Source of the DNA: Octopus vulgaris
Lineage: Eukaryota
Direction: 5' to 3'
Assembly (NCBI GenBank): GCA_951406725.2
Contig: OX597814.1
Coordinates: 206,708,001-206,772,000 of the forward strand
DNA length: 64,000 nt
How positions within the stretch are numbered: the stretch's first letter is position 1; the number at the start of each line of letters is the position of its first letter. The notes under the pieces were generated by a model. That model was given only the letters and a program-made list of their open reading frames with translations, did not search any database and was not told the origin of the DNA. Below are positions 13,001 to 25,603 of the stretch, piece after piece. Position numbers and translations under genes: made by a program.

Positions 13001-16000
13001 AATTTCCCCGCATGACATCCATATGCCTTCTGTCCTGACAAGCTTACTTGGTCTCATCACCACTGTAGCACATTTTGAGAGTCCAAACTCCATCTTGATA
13101 TCATTCACAAAAATCTGCACAGACTGGATTAAGCTGTCCAGTTCTGTCTCACTATTTGTTAACAATTTTGAGTCATTCCTGAATGCCTGCTGGTAAAGTT
13201 TTCGCTTACCTCTTCCCACATCAAACCCCAACTTTGTCTTCTGCTGTATTTCACTTAAGGGGTTTTATTCACAGTGAAAAAAAATCAGTGGAGACACACT
13301 GTTCCCCTGGAAGAGTCCTCTGTTGATATCCACCTCTGCCAGTACTTTTCATACTCTTCCATATAAAGCTTTTCATGTGTTTTGCTACTCCGTATATTTC
13401 TTTAGTTCTTGCTGTCCAAGATTATGTTATCAATCATTATTATTATTGTTGTTGTTGTAGTTGATGTTGTGTGAGAGTAGAGTGCCCCCTGGCGAGAATG
13501 GACTGGGCCACTATATATAAAAAAGTAGTAGTGGTCTGAATAAGTGTGGAAGTTCGGATTGGAGGGCAATTCATGCTAGTTCTACAGTTCATAAGTTGAT
13601 AGTCAAAGCTGGAGTTCAAAGTTTACAGTTCGAGTTAGCATGTTGGTTTGTTGGTTGTTAAAGGATTGTTGTTATGTTCTGCGTGGATACTGCCAGTTTT
13701 TCATTACACTGTTGCAGTGTATTTGTTTATCCATGAGGATAAACATATCTGGCAACAAGGATTGTTTGAAACTTCACAGGAAATAGCTTCAAGAGAAGCA
13801 ACAGCAACAACCACAAGAGCTGCAAAAACAAATACTACAACATCAACAACAGTAATTGAGTTTTACAGTCAGTGAAGTCCGCAAGTCCAGTAAGATTGTT
13901 TATGCCAGATGGCACGGCTAACACAATTTCTAAATTTACGTATAATCCAGAGGAGAATATTATGTCTCCCGTGTATTATAGAAGATATGAGGAAATTTTT
14001 AACAATGAGTGCAAGTCACGGTCGGAGGAGGAGTAAGGCTTTCACTACACAAGGTAGCTCCTGCCAAACATGAGCAGTACTGTAACTTTATTCTGCCCAG
14101 AAAGTTGAGTGGGATTGATTTCCAAGAAAGCGTGGAATTGTTTTCAAAATTTTGTTTGTAAAAGTTCATTGTTGAGCGCTTTAATGGAGTAGTCAGCCAT
14201 ACGTGTGAAAATTTCAAACTTCAGCATCTCACTCAGGATATGTTCAAATCACTTACCTTCATGTAAGGACTTATAGCACTTGAAGACATTCAGGCAAGGA
14301 TTCTCTTGAAAATGGAGCAAGCAAACCAGGATTCATCTCTACAGACCCTCACTGAAGAACGTCAGACTATAGTAAATGATGTGAAAATAATGGCGGATAA
14401 AGACTCTGCAAAACTTCAAATGTGTTGCCCTGGAAAGCAGAATCCAAAAAAGTATCAGGCCCCAAACTGTGTTATGGTTATGGAGGCCTACACTACAAAA
14501 AGGATTGTCCTTTTAAAAACAAAAAGTGCTATAGTTGTCATAAGCTGGGACACAGGAGTTCTCATTGCAGAACAAGACTGCAAGGCTCAAATACAAAAAG
14601 TTCTAAGGTGTTTTCAGCAGAGATCGATTGTGATGGAGAAACAAGAAAATTCGTGCATGAAAGATAAATGATGTGAATACCAAATTACAGTTAGACTCAG
14701 GTAGTGACATCTTCATTATAAATGCAGATACTTGGGAAAAATTGGTAAACCGAGATTACGCAAAACAGCGAAAATAGCATGTGGTGTAACGGGCGACAAA
14801 TTACATTTGATGGACAAAACATGTATCAACATCACATTTCGAGGAGAGACACGTGAAGCAAAATTATTCGTCTGTTTGGTACAGATTGGCTAGAACTGTT
14901 CAATTTATGGAACCTCCCTGTAAATCTTTACTGCAATAAAATAAATGGTTGTCATGTTAAAAACAAGTCTACAGAAGAACTGAAGGAAAAATTGGAAAAA
15001 AATGTTCCTGCAAGTGTTATTTAAAAGAGTGTTAAGAGAAGCAGGGAATGAATCAAAATGTCATTAACTGCGGTTGACCGGTGTGTTTATTCTTCCTGTT
15101 TTGGGGTGGGGGACAGCTCAAATGAATTTATTTTTCTGTCAAAAGTTGTTTGCATTTTCCCCGTCACCATTGGAGAAAGCCGAACAGAACATGGTGAGGC
15201 CTATATGTGAAAGAGGGGGAGAGATCGAGGCTCAAATACAAAATGCTTTAGGTTCTGTCTAATGACATACACATAAATACATTCTTATATATTTATGATG
15301 ATGATGATGATGATATTTCAGTAACAGCTTTTGAAAAAATACAATAAAAGTAACGAGAACAGAATGCATCCTCTTCATCACCATCATCTCCATCACCACC
15401 ACCACCACCCGTGTGCGATAGAATTTGTGGAGTTAGATATTCTATGGCTTGACGCCTTTCCTGTCACCAACCCTCACCTCGTTCCAAGGGAGGTAACTAT
15501 TTCTGCATTTTAAAAACATCACAAACTATTAGAAACAAAGGACACTGCTTGCATAAAAGGGACACTCGTTTACAGCTAACAAATAATGTAAAGGCAAGGA
15601 GACACACACACATATGTATGAATGACAGGCTTATCTCATTTACTGCCTGTCAGACCCAATCACAGAGCTTTGATTGGCCTAAGGCTATAGTTAAAGACAC
15701 TTGCTCAAGGTGCCATACATTGAGACCGAACCTAAATCAAGGTAATTAAAAGTAATAGCATCAGAAGCAGTATTAATACCAAAAGCAATCTTTATATCCA
15801 ACTAAATGTGGATGTTGTGTTAGAACCTCAAATACTGCCTTATTTACCTTGAGAGGACCTCTCATATGGACGTACGGTCCATAAATGCATGCAAATTTAT
15901 ATTGTTGGTAGACAACAATCATCTTCTAAAGGCAACAGAACTGCCAGATCATGTATTTTCGCTCTGCTCAGGTTCATCAGTGACAGACACCCTGTAGCAA

Positions 16001-17411
16001 CATAACAGCGAAATCTCCCTGTCAACGATATATAGACAGTGATGTCACAAATAGCCTGAAGGCTTATTAAAGATAATTAATAGCAACAGAAGCAGTGTTA
16101 ATACCAAAAGGCATTCTTTATGTCCATATGCTGTAATGAAGAAATTAGGGAAATTCCTGTCCACTGTAGAACTGTTTTAGAAGTTCTTTCTTTTTGAATC
16201 TTTTCTCTTTTCCTTTGTCATCTCTCTTATGAATGACCATGATCCTAATTGTTGGACCTCCTCCTTCTCCTTCTTGCTTACAATATGAAAATAATTACCT
16301 TGTTCTCTGCTTTTGTTCCTCAAATATTCTTGGCTACACAAGATGCACCAAAGAACCTCAACTTCAACATTCTTGATAGACATTTCAACAGCAAACACAA
16401 GACTCAGCAGTTTTAATCAGAATGGTGATTGGAGAGAAGAAACAATACAACTTCAGCTACATGAAGACACCTTTGCCACATGTTTAACTTCACTAACACC
16501 ACATCAGTGGTCAGTGTGGAAGGTTTTTCTGCCACATCCACTATAATACCATGTCTCCCAGTAGACTGGAAGGTCGTGGATGGAATATCTTTGATCTGAG
16601 TGACAAAGTAATTTTCCTCATTTCCTTATTACTGATTAGAAAGAAATCATTAATATTTCAAATATTTTGTTTGTCTTTTGTTAAATTGAATCTCTTCTCT
16701 TTAAAAAAAGCAAAAAAATTAAACAAAAATGATTCTCATGGTTTTGAATTTTACAGAAATTTGAGGAATATCTCCAAAATAAAGACGAAAATGAAGGAAT
16801 GATGGATAAACAGGAAAATGAAGGATTTCATTCAAAAGGTAAACAATTTGTTTGTTGATATTGAATATTATGGTGTTTTGTCATACCGTCTCTATTAAAC
16901 ACTGTTTATTATAAATATGATTAATGTTAATATCATTATTATCATTCTGTGCCAGTGGCACATAAAAAGCACCACCCGACTGTGGCCGTTGCCAGCACCA
17001 CCCGACTAGCCTCAGTGCTGGTGGCACGTAAAAAGCACCATCCGATCGTGGCTGTTGCCAGCTTCACCTGGCCCCCGTGCCGGTGGACGTAAGAAGCACC
17101 ATCCGTCCATGACCGTTTGCCAGCCCCGTCTGGCATCTGTCCCGGTGGCACATAAAAAGCACCATCCGATCGTGGCCGTTGCCAGCCCCGTCTGGCACCT
17201 GTGCCGGTGGCACGTAAAAAGCACCCACTACACTCACTGGAGTGGTTGGCGTTAGGAAGGGCATCCAGCCATAGAAACACTGCCAGATCAGACTGCGCCT
17301 GGTGCAGCCTTCTGGCTTCCCAGACCCCAGTTGAACGGTCCAACCCATGCTAGCATGGAAAGCGGACACTAAATAATGATGATGATTATTATTAATTATT
17401 AATGATTAATG

Positions 17412-17455
<44 letters not shown>

Positions 17456-20400
17456 TATTATTATGATTGCTATTATTGTTATAGATGTGCACAGTATACA
17501 ATATCGTGAGATTGTTGATCGAAGATATTGTGTCTACTCGGGGTTTGCAGTGTTTGTCAAGTCACAAGAAGGACCTCAGGCAGACAATACTTTACACAAT
17601 TCCAAGTAATGCTGACTTTTGCAATACATCTAGATTGCGGAGTATCTCTAAGGACTTCAGATGTTTTTTTTCAGTTTGGATCGTATTGAACCCAATACTC
17701 CGATGACAATAGGGATAACCTTTATGTTTGACTCTTGTACCTGCCACAACTTAGCAATCTCAATTCTCAGGTTTCCATATTTATCAACCTTTTTCTCTTT
17801 ATTTCATGATGATGTGTTGATCTCCTGGCCCTGCCAAATCGATTATTTGGCACTTTTGTTTGTCCCTTCTAAAGGTTTCTATATCTGGCCTTCAGTTCTC
17901 TAACACTTTGTCTGTCTGGAAATCAAAGTCCCAGAGGATTTTTGCCTTCCCCTTTTCGTTCATTACTTTTTTTGGTGTATGTTGGTACCAAGCACCCATA
18001 ACCTCATATCCATACTTATGGCATAGTAGCCAGTGGAGGTTTTCGGCTACTTTGTCGTGTCTACGCTTGAACTCTTCCTGCGCAAGACTTTCTCAAGCAC
18101 TACTTTCGGCCCTCTTCCCACACATTCTGCAGAGATCCGTTGCACTTGTGTGGTATATATTCTTTTCCACTGAGTCCTGGGCCCAAATGATTAGGCTTTC
18201 AGTATTTTTCATTAGGTCACCCTTGTTGAGCCATTCTATGATGCTTCTTTGTCTTTTAATTTGTTGGTTCCACAGTGGAACTGACCATGTAATTCCATAC
18301 GGAGTAGGGTTTCTTCTCTCTCGTCGGCTGTTCGTGATCAGAATTCATGTTTACCCTCAAGTTCCTGTGCTATCAGAATAGTAGCAGTTGTAGTATTTGT
18401 AGTATTAGCAGCTGCAGTATCTTATCATTATTTTTCTTTTTATCATTGTCACCATCACCACCACTACAACTCTGCATGTTTCTAGTAATCCCCTATGTCA
18501 GTACAAATCTGATTTATCCTCAACTGTAGGGATTTGAGATTTGACCAAATTGTATGCTGTGGATGATCGGTGGTGGGAGTAAATGTGGGATGACATAGGC
18601 TTGCAAAGTAACTCTGTCACTATTCTGCCTCCAGAAAACTTAACTTTTGTGTCCAAATAATCAATGCTAGTTTTTGAAAAACTAGACGTAAATTTTATGT
18701 TGGACTTAAAGCCAGTTTTTAGCATAACAGTCACAGAAATGCAAGAATTTAATTAAACTATCTGGCAATCCATCCCAAGCAAAATGACGTCATTTTAGTT
18801 TTCCCACATGTGTAGCCTTTAGGGGCCATTCTGGTAATTGTTTGGGCTAAAAAACAAAGTCTTAAAAGCAACAACAACTTCAACAATAGTGCATGTGAGG
18901 CCTAGGAAAGCGATTTTGCCTTGCTTCTGTTATCCCATTTCACCATCACAGGAACAAAAGAAATTAATGAGAAAAAGTGACAACAACAGCAAGAAAACAG
19001 CTGCCATGCTGGTGGCAGCAGCAGCAGCAGGTTTGCCAGTACCACTGCCAACATCATCATCATCATCGTTTAACATCTGTTTTCTAAGCATGCATGGATT
19101 GGACAGTTGACAGGAGCCGGAAAGGTGGAAAATAACTACCCTTCACTACTGTGTCTGTTTTGGCAGGAATTTTACAGCTGGATGCACTTCCTAACACCAA
19201 CCACTCAGCAGAGTGGACTCAGTACATTTTACGTGGAACTAGCACAACAAAGTTAGTTTTGGCATTATTTTTGCAGCTAGATGCCCTTCCAAATGCAAGC
19301 CATTTCACAATGTGCAGTGGATGCTTTTTACATGGCACCAGTGCTGGCAGGGTCACCAAGATAATGAATTATGAGAGGGGCAAGGCATTTGATGAGGAGA
19401 GCTTGTGTCAGATGATGAAAGGTTAGAGTGTGACAGAGAGACAGAAAGAGGGGTCTTGCCATAACAGAGAGGGCATTGGAGGTGGTGATCCAGTAGTAGA
19501 TGATGAAATGTTAGAGTGTGACAGAGAGACAGAAAGAGGGGTCTTGCCATAACAGAGAGGGCATTGGAGGAGGTGATCCAGTAGTAGATGATGAAAGGTT
19601 AGAGTGTGACAGAGAGACAGAAAGAGGGGTCTTGCCATAACAGAGAGGGCATTGGAGGTGGTGATCCAGTAGTAGATGATGAAAGGTTGAGTGTGACAGA
19701 GAGACAGAAAGAGGGGTCTTGCCATAACAGAGAGGGCATTGGAGGAGGTGATCCAGTAGTAGATGATGAAATGTTAGAGTGTGACAGAGAGACAGAAAGA
19801 GGGGTCTTGCCATAACAGAGAGGGCATTGGAGGAGGTGATCCAGTAGTAGATGATGAAATGTTAGAGTGTGACAGAGAGACAGAAAGAGGGTCTTGCCAT
19901 AACAGAGAGGGCATTGGAGAAGGTGATCCAGTAGTAGATGATGAAAGGTTAGAGTGTGACAGAGAGACAGAAAGAGGTGTCTTGCCATAACAGAGAGGGC
20001 ATTGGAGGAGGTGATCCAGTAGTAGATGATGAAATGTTAGAGTGTGACAGAGAGACAGAAAGAGGGGTCTTGCCATAACAGAGAAGGCATTGGAGGAGGT
20101 GATCCAGTTGTAGATGATGAAATGTTAGAGTGTGACAGAGAGACAGAAAGAGGGGTCTTGCCATAACAGAGAGGGCATTGGAGGTGGTGATCCAGTAGTA
20201 GATGATGAAATGTTAGAGTGTGACAGAGAGACAGAAAGAGGGGTCTTGCCATTACAGAGAGGGCATTGGAGGAGGTGATCCAGTAGTAGATGATGAAATG
20301 TTAGAGTGTGACAGAGAGACAGAAAGAGGGGTCTTGCCATAGCAGAGAGGGCATTGGAGGAGGTGATCCAGTAGTAGATGATGAAATGTTAGAGTGTGAC

Positions 20401-23400
20401 AGAGAGACAGAAAGAGGGGTCTTGCCATAACAGAGAGGGCATTGGAGGAGGTGATCCAGTAGTAGATGATGAAATGTTAGAGTGTGACAGAGAGACAGAA
20501 AGAGGGGTCTTGCCATAACAGAGAGGGCATTGGAGGTGGTGATCCAGTAGTAGATGATGAAATGTTAGAGTGTGACAGAGAGACAGAAAGAGGGGTCTTG
20601 CCATAGCAGAGAGGGCATTGGAGGAGGTGATCCAGTAGTAGATGATGAAATGTTAGAGTGTGACAGAGAGACAGAAAGAGGGGTCTTGCCATAACAGAGA
20701 GGGCATTGGAGGTGGTGATCCAGTAGTAGATGATGAAATGTTAGAGTGTGACAGAGAGACAGAAAGAGGGTCTTGCCATAACAGAGAGGGCATTGGAGGT
20801 GGTGATCCAGTAGTAGATGATGAAATGTTAGAGTGTGACAGAGAGACAGAAAGAGGGGTCTTGCCATAACAGAGAGGGCATTGGAGGAGGTGATCCAGTA
20901 GTAGATGATGAAATGTTAGAGTGGGACAGAGAGACAGAAAGAGGGGTCTTGCCATAACAGAGAGGGCATTGGAGGAGGTGATCCAGTAGTAGATGATGAA
21001 ATGTTAGAGTGTGACAGAGAGACAGAAAGAGGGGTCTTGCCATAACAGAGAGGGCATTGGAGGAGGTGATCCAGTTGTAGATGATGAAATGTTAGAGTGT
21101 GACAGAGAGACAGAAAGAGGGGTCTTTCCATAACAGAGAGGGCATTGGAGGTGGTGATCCAGTAGTAGATGATGAAATGTTAGAGTGTGACAGAGAGACA
21201 GAAAGAGGGGTCTTTCCATAACAGAGAGGCATTGGAGGTGGTGATCCAGTAGTAGATGATGAAATGTTAGAGTGTGACAGAGAGACAGAGAGAGGGGTCT
21301 TCCATACAGAGAGGGCATTGGAGGTGATCCATAGTAGATGATGAAATGTTAGAGGGCAGAGAGACAGAAAGAGGCCATTGGAGGTGGTGATCCAGTAGTA
21401 GATGATGAAATGTTAGAGTGTGACAGAGAGACAGAAAGAGGGGTCTTGCCATAACAGGAGGGGCATTGGAGGAGGTGATCCAGTAGTAGATGATGAAATG
21501 TTAGAGTGTGACAGAGAGACAGAAAGAGGGGTCTTGCCATAACAGAGAGGGCATTGGAGGTGGTGATCCAGTAGTAGATGATGAAATGTTAGAGTGTGAC
21601 AGAGAGAGGGCATTGGAGACAGAAGATGAGAAATGTTAGAGTGTCTTGCCATAGCAGAGAGGGCATTGGAGGAGGTGATCCAGTAGTAGATGATGAAATG
21701 TTAGAGTGTGTCAGAGAGACAGAAAGAGGGGTCTTGCCATAACAGAGAGGGCATTGGAGGTGGTGATCCAGTAGTAGATGATGAAATGTTAGAGTGTCAC
21801 AGAGAGACAGAAAGAGGGTCTTGCCATAACAGAGAGGGCATTGGAGGTGGTGATCCAGTAGTAGATGATGAAATGTTAGAGTGTGACAGAGAGACAGAAA
21901 GAGGGGTCTTGCCATAACAGAGAGGGCATTGGAGGTGGTGATCCAGTAGTAGATGATGAAATGTTAGAGTGTGACAGAGAGACAGAAAGAGGGGTCTTGC
22001 CATAACAGAGAGGGCATTGGAGGTGGTGATCCAGTAGTAGATGATGAAATGTTAGAGTGTGACAGAGAGACAGAAAGAGGGGTCTTGCCATAACAGAGAG
22101 GGCATTGGAGGTGGTGATCCAGTAGTAGATGATGAAATGTTAGAGTGTGACAGAGAGACAGAAAGAGGGTCTTGCCATAACAGAGAGGGCATTGGAGGTG
22201 GTGATCCAGTAGTAGATGATGAAATGTTAGAGTGTGACAGAGAGACAGAAAGAGGGGTCTTGCCATAGCAGAGAGGGCATTGGAGGAGGTGATCCAGTAG
22301 TAGATGATGAAATGTTAGAGTGTGACAGAGAGACAGAAAGAGGGGTCTTGCCATAACAGAGAGGGCATTGGAGGAGGTGATCCAGTAGTAGATGATGAAA
22401 TGTTAGAGTGTGACAGAGAGACAGAAAGAGGGGTCTTGCCATAACAGAGAGGGCATTGGAGGAGGTGATCCAGTTGTAGATGATGAAATGTTAGAGTGTG
22501 ACAGAGAGACAGAAAGAGGGGTCTTGCCATAACAGAGAGGGCATTGGAGGTGGTGATCTAGTAGTAGATGATGAAATGTTAGAGTGTGACAGAGAGACAG
22601 AAAGAGGGGTCTTGCCATAACAGAGAGGTCATTGGAGGTGGTGATCCAGTAGTAGATGATGAAATGTTAGAGTGTGACAGAGAGACAGAAAGAGGGGTCT
22701 TGCCATAGCAGAGAGGGCATTGGAGGAGGTGATCCAGTAGTAGATGATGAAATGTTAGAGTGTGACAGAGAGACAGAAAGAGGCGTCTTGCCATAACAGA
22801 GAGGGCATTGGAGGTGGTGATCCAGTAGTAGATGATGAAATGTTAGAGTGTGACAGAGAGACAGAAAGAGGGGTCTTGCCATAGCAGAGAGGGCATTGGA
22901 GGAGGTGATCCAGTAGTAGATGATGAAATGTTAGAGTGTGTCAGAGAGACAGAAAGAGGGGTCTTGCCATAACAGAGAGGGCATTGGAGGTGGTGATCCA
23001 GTAGTAGATGATGAAATGTTAGAGTGTGACAGAGAGACAGAAAGAGGGTCTTGCCATAACAGAGAGGGCATTGGAGGTGGTGATCCAGTAGTAGATGATG
23101 AAATGTTAGAGTGTGACAGAGAGACAGAAAGAGGGGTCTTGCCATAGCAGAGAGGGCATTGGAGGAGGTGATCCAGTAGTAGATGATGAAATGTTAGAGT
23201 GTGACAGAGAGACAGAAAGAGGGGTCTTGCCATAACAGAGAGGGCATTGGAGGTGGTGATCCAGTAGTAGATGATGAAATGTTAGAGTGTGATAGAGAGA
23301 CAGAAAGAGGGTCTTGCCATAACAGAGAGGGCATTGGAGGTGGTGATCCAGTAGTAGATGATGAAATGTTAGAGTGTGACAGAGAGACAGAAAGAGGGGT

Positions 23401-25522
23401 CTTGCCATAGCAGAGAGGGCATTGGAGGAGGTGATCCAGTAGTAGATGATGAAATGTTAGAGTGTGACGGAGAAATAAAGAAGCAGAGAGAGATGTCTTG
23501 ATATAGAGGAGAGACATGGTTACCGAGGGACAGAGAAAGAGGTACGCTAAAGAGGCCATAAATTGGTGTGCTGGAGTGAAGGAGGTATTTGGTTACCTAG
23601 GCAGAGGAAAAACAAGAGGAGAGAGAGAGAGAGAAAATGAGGAAGAATGAGACATGCAAATCTAGTCGTAACAATTTCAACTTTGCAAGAGTAACCACAG
23701 AATTAAGTGAAGACATTTTTTATCGATGGAAATGAATTCAAGAGTGCAAAATGTAACAGAAAAATGGTATTAAACATTCATTGAACTGGCCCCGCAAAAA
23801 ATTAATTTGTGGACAGTTCTATATAAAACAACTGAAGTCAAAAGTAGGGAAGTGGAGCAGGCAACACAGCAGCAAATAGAGAAATACCTAGAAGCAGTTT
23901 AGAAAAGCAAAGCCTACGTAGCCAGGTTAAAGAAAGAAATATGGGACTGTCAAAGTGCGGTCTGTCTCAGAGGAGGAGACCAAAAATAACTGGACGGCCA
24001 TCCTAGCAAGGGACAAACACATTGTCATCCCCATCTACTTTGGTCGAAGAATATTCAGAGTTAGAATACTCAACATAATGCCAACCATTTTAGAGTGTGG
24101 ACTGGAAGCTGCTTTTCTCATGGCACCAGCACTGGTGAGGTTACCAAGTATCTTGCAAGCCCCCTGATGGAACTGGGGAGTGGGGAGGTGGCTTGAGGCC
24201 AGGGCTAGAAAGTCTAAATTTTGCCAGAGGCTTAAGCACATAGATCTAGAGGAGACTCATGGCGTCCTTATATTTATGCAAAGGTGCATGACAGTATCTG
24301 GAAGGAAGGAAAGATGGTGTTAATAGAGTGCCAGAGCATAGTCCCAAGTTACAAGAAGGGGAGTATAAGGGAGACTGTGGATGAGTAAAGAAGGAATGGG
24401 AGGGTAATGGCATCAGAGTGTGAGATGAAAAGTGCAGAGGTTAGAGATGGGGCTTGAGGTGGTTGTAGAGAGTGAGGAACAATGTTTTGAGGTGGAGTCG
24501 AGAGACTGACGGGGCTCGGAAAGGAGGAGGTGACAAGAAGCCTCAGAGGAAGGGTGGAGAGCAGCAGAATCATCAATCTGTTGATAGATGAGGAGGAAGA
24601 GAGATGAAGACCAGGATCTGACAGCAGAGGGAAAGCAAAGATGATGAACTGTGAAAGAATGGGAGTCAGAGATACATGGGGGTGGCTGTAGTGAGTGGGG
24701 CCAGAAAACTGGAGGGAGTATTAGCAATGACTGTGAGAGGGTGTTGAGAATGATTGCAGATAGGAGAAGTGTTCAACAGGAAACCTGGCAGAGTAAGGTG
24801 TAGCTAAGAGGGGTGGGTGGGAAAGATTAGGGAAGGGACAGAAAGGGATGATCGATGGAAGGTTGTATGGATGGAGATGATGATGAAAGAGATGCAACTG
24901 GTATTAATGAAAGGGTGGGGGTGATGATGAATGCTCTCAAATGGTTACAGCAGTAAAGTAGGACCATAGTTAGAAGAGTATAATAGAGGGATGGGTGTTA
25001 GGAAGATGAGATGTGGTGAAGGGGATGCTTCACAGGGACAGATATGGGCGTAAGGCCCAGCATGGACAGGAATATATATCACAGTTTTTGGACATGACTT
25101 TTGCTGTGAGAAATGTGTCTTTATATATCATTTTGTTCAACTTATGCCAGCATGGACATGAAATGTAGATGGGGATAATGCTGATGATGGCATGCCTATA
25201 CGTATGTACATCATGATCATCATCATTTAGCATCCATTGTCCATGCTGGCATGGGTTGGACGGTTTAACTGGGGCTGGCAAGGTGAGGGGCTACACCATC
25301 TCCAGTCTGACATGGTATGGTTTCTACAGCCGGATACCTTTCCTAACCACCAATGTAATGGCTGCTTTTATTTACCACCAGCATGGATGCTAGATACATG
25401 ATGCCAGCATCAACCACATGGCCTCTGTATGGCTCAACACCCAAATGGTACTTTTTACGTGACAATGGCATGGCTGGTAAAGCGTTACGTGTATGGTTGG
25501 CTGGTTTTTTAAGTTACTGTTG

Positions 25523-25603
<81 letters not shown>

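Noticed and set aside
19410-23468. CRISPR array or repetitive protein (MARPLFLSLCH… ORFs)
   Set aside because: Units are contiguous with no unique spacers and no cas genes are present; the 88-bp period is not a multiple of 3 and every frame hits stops.
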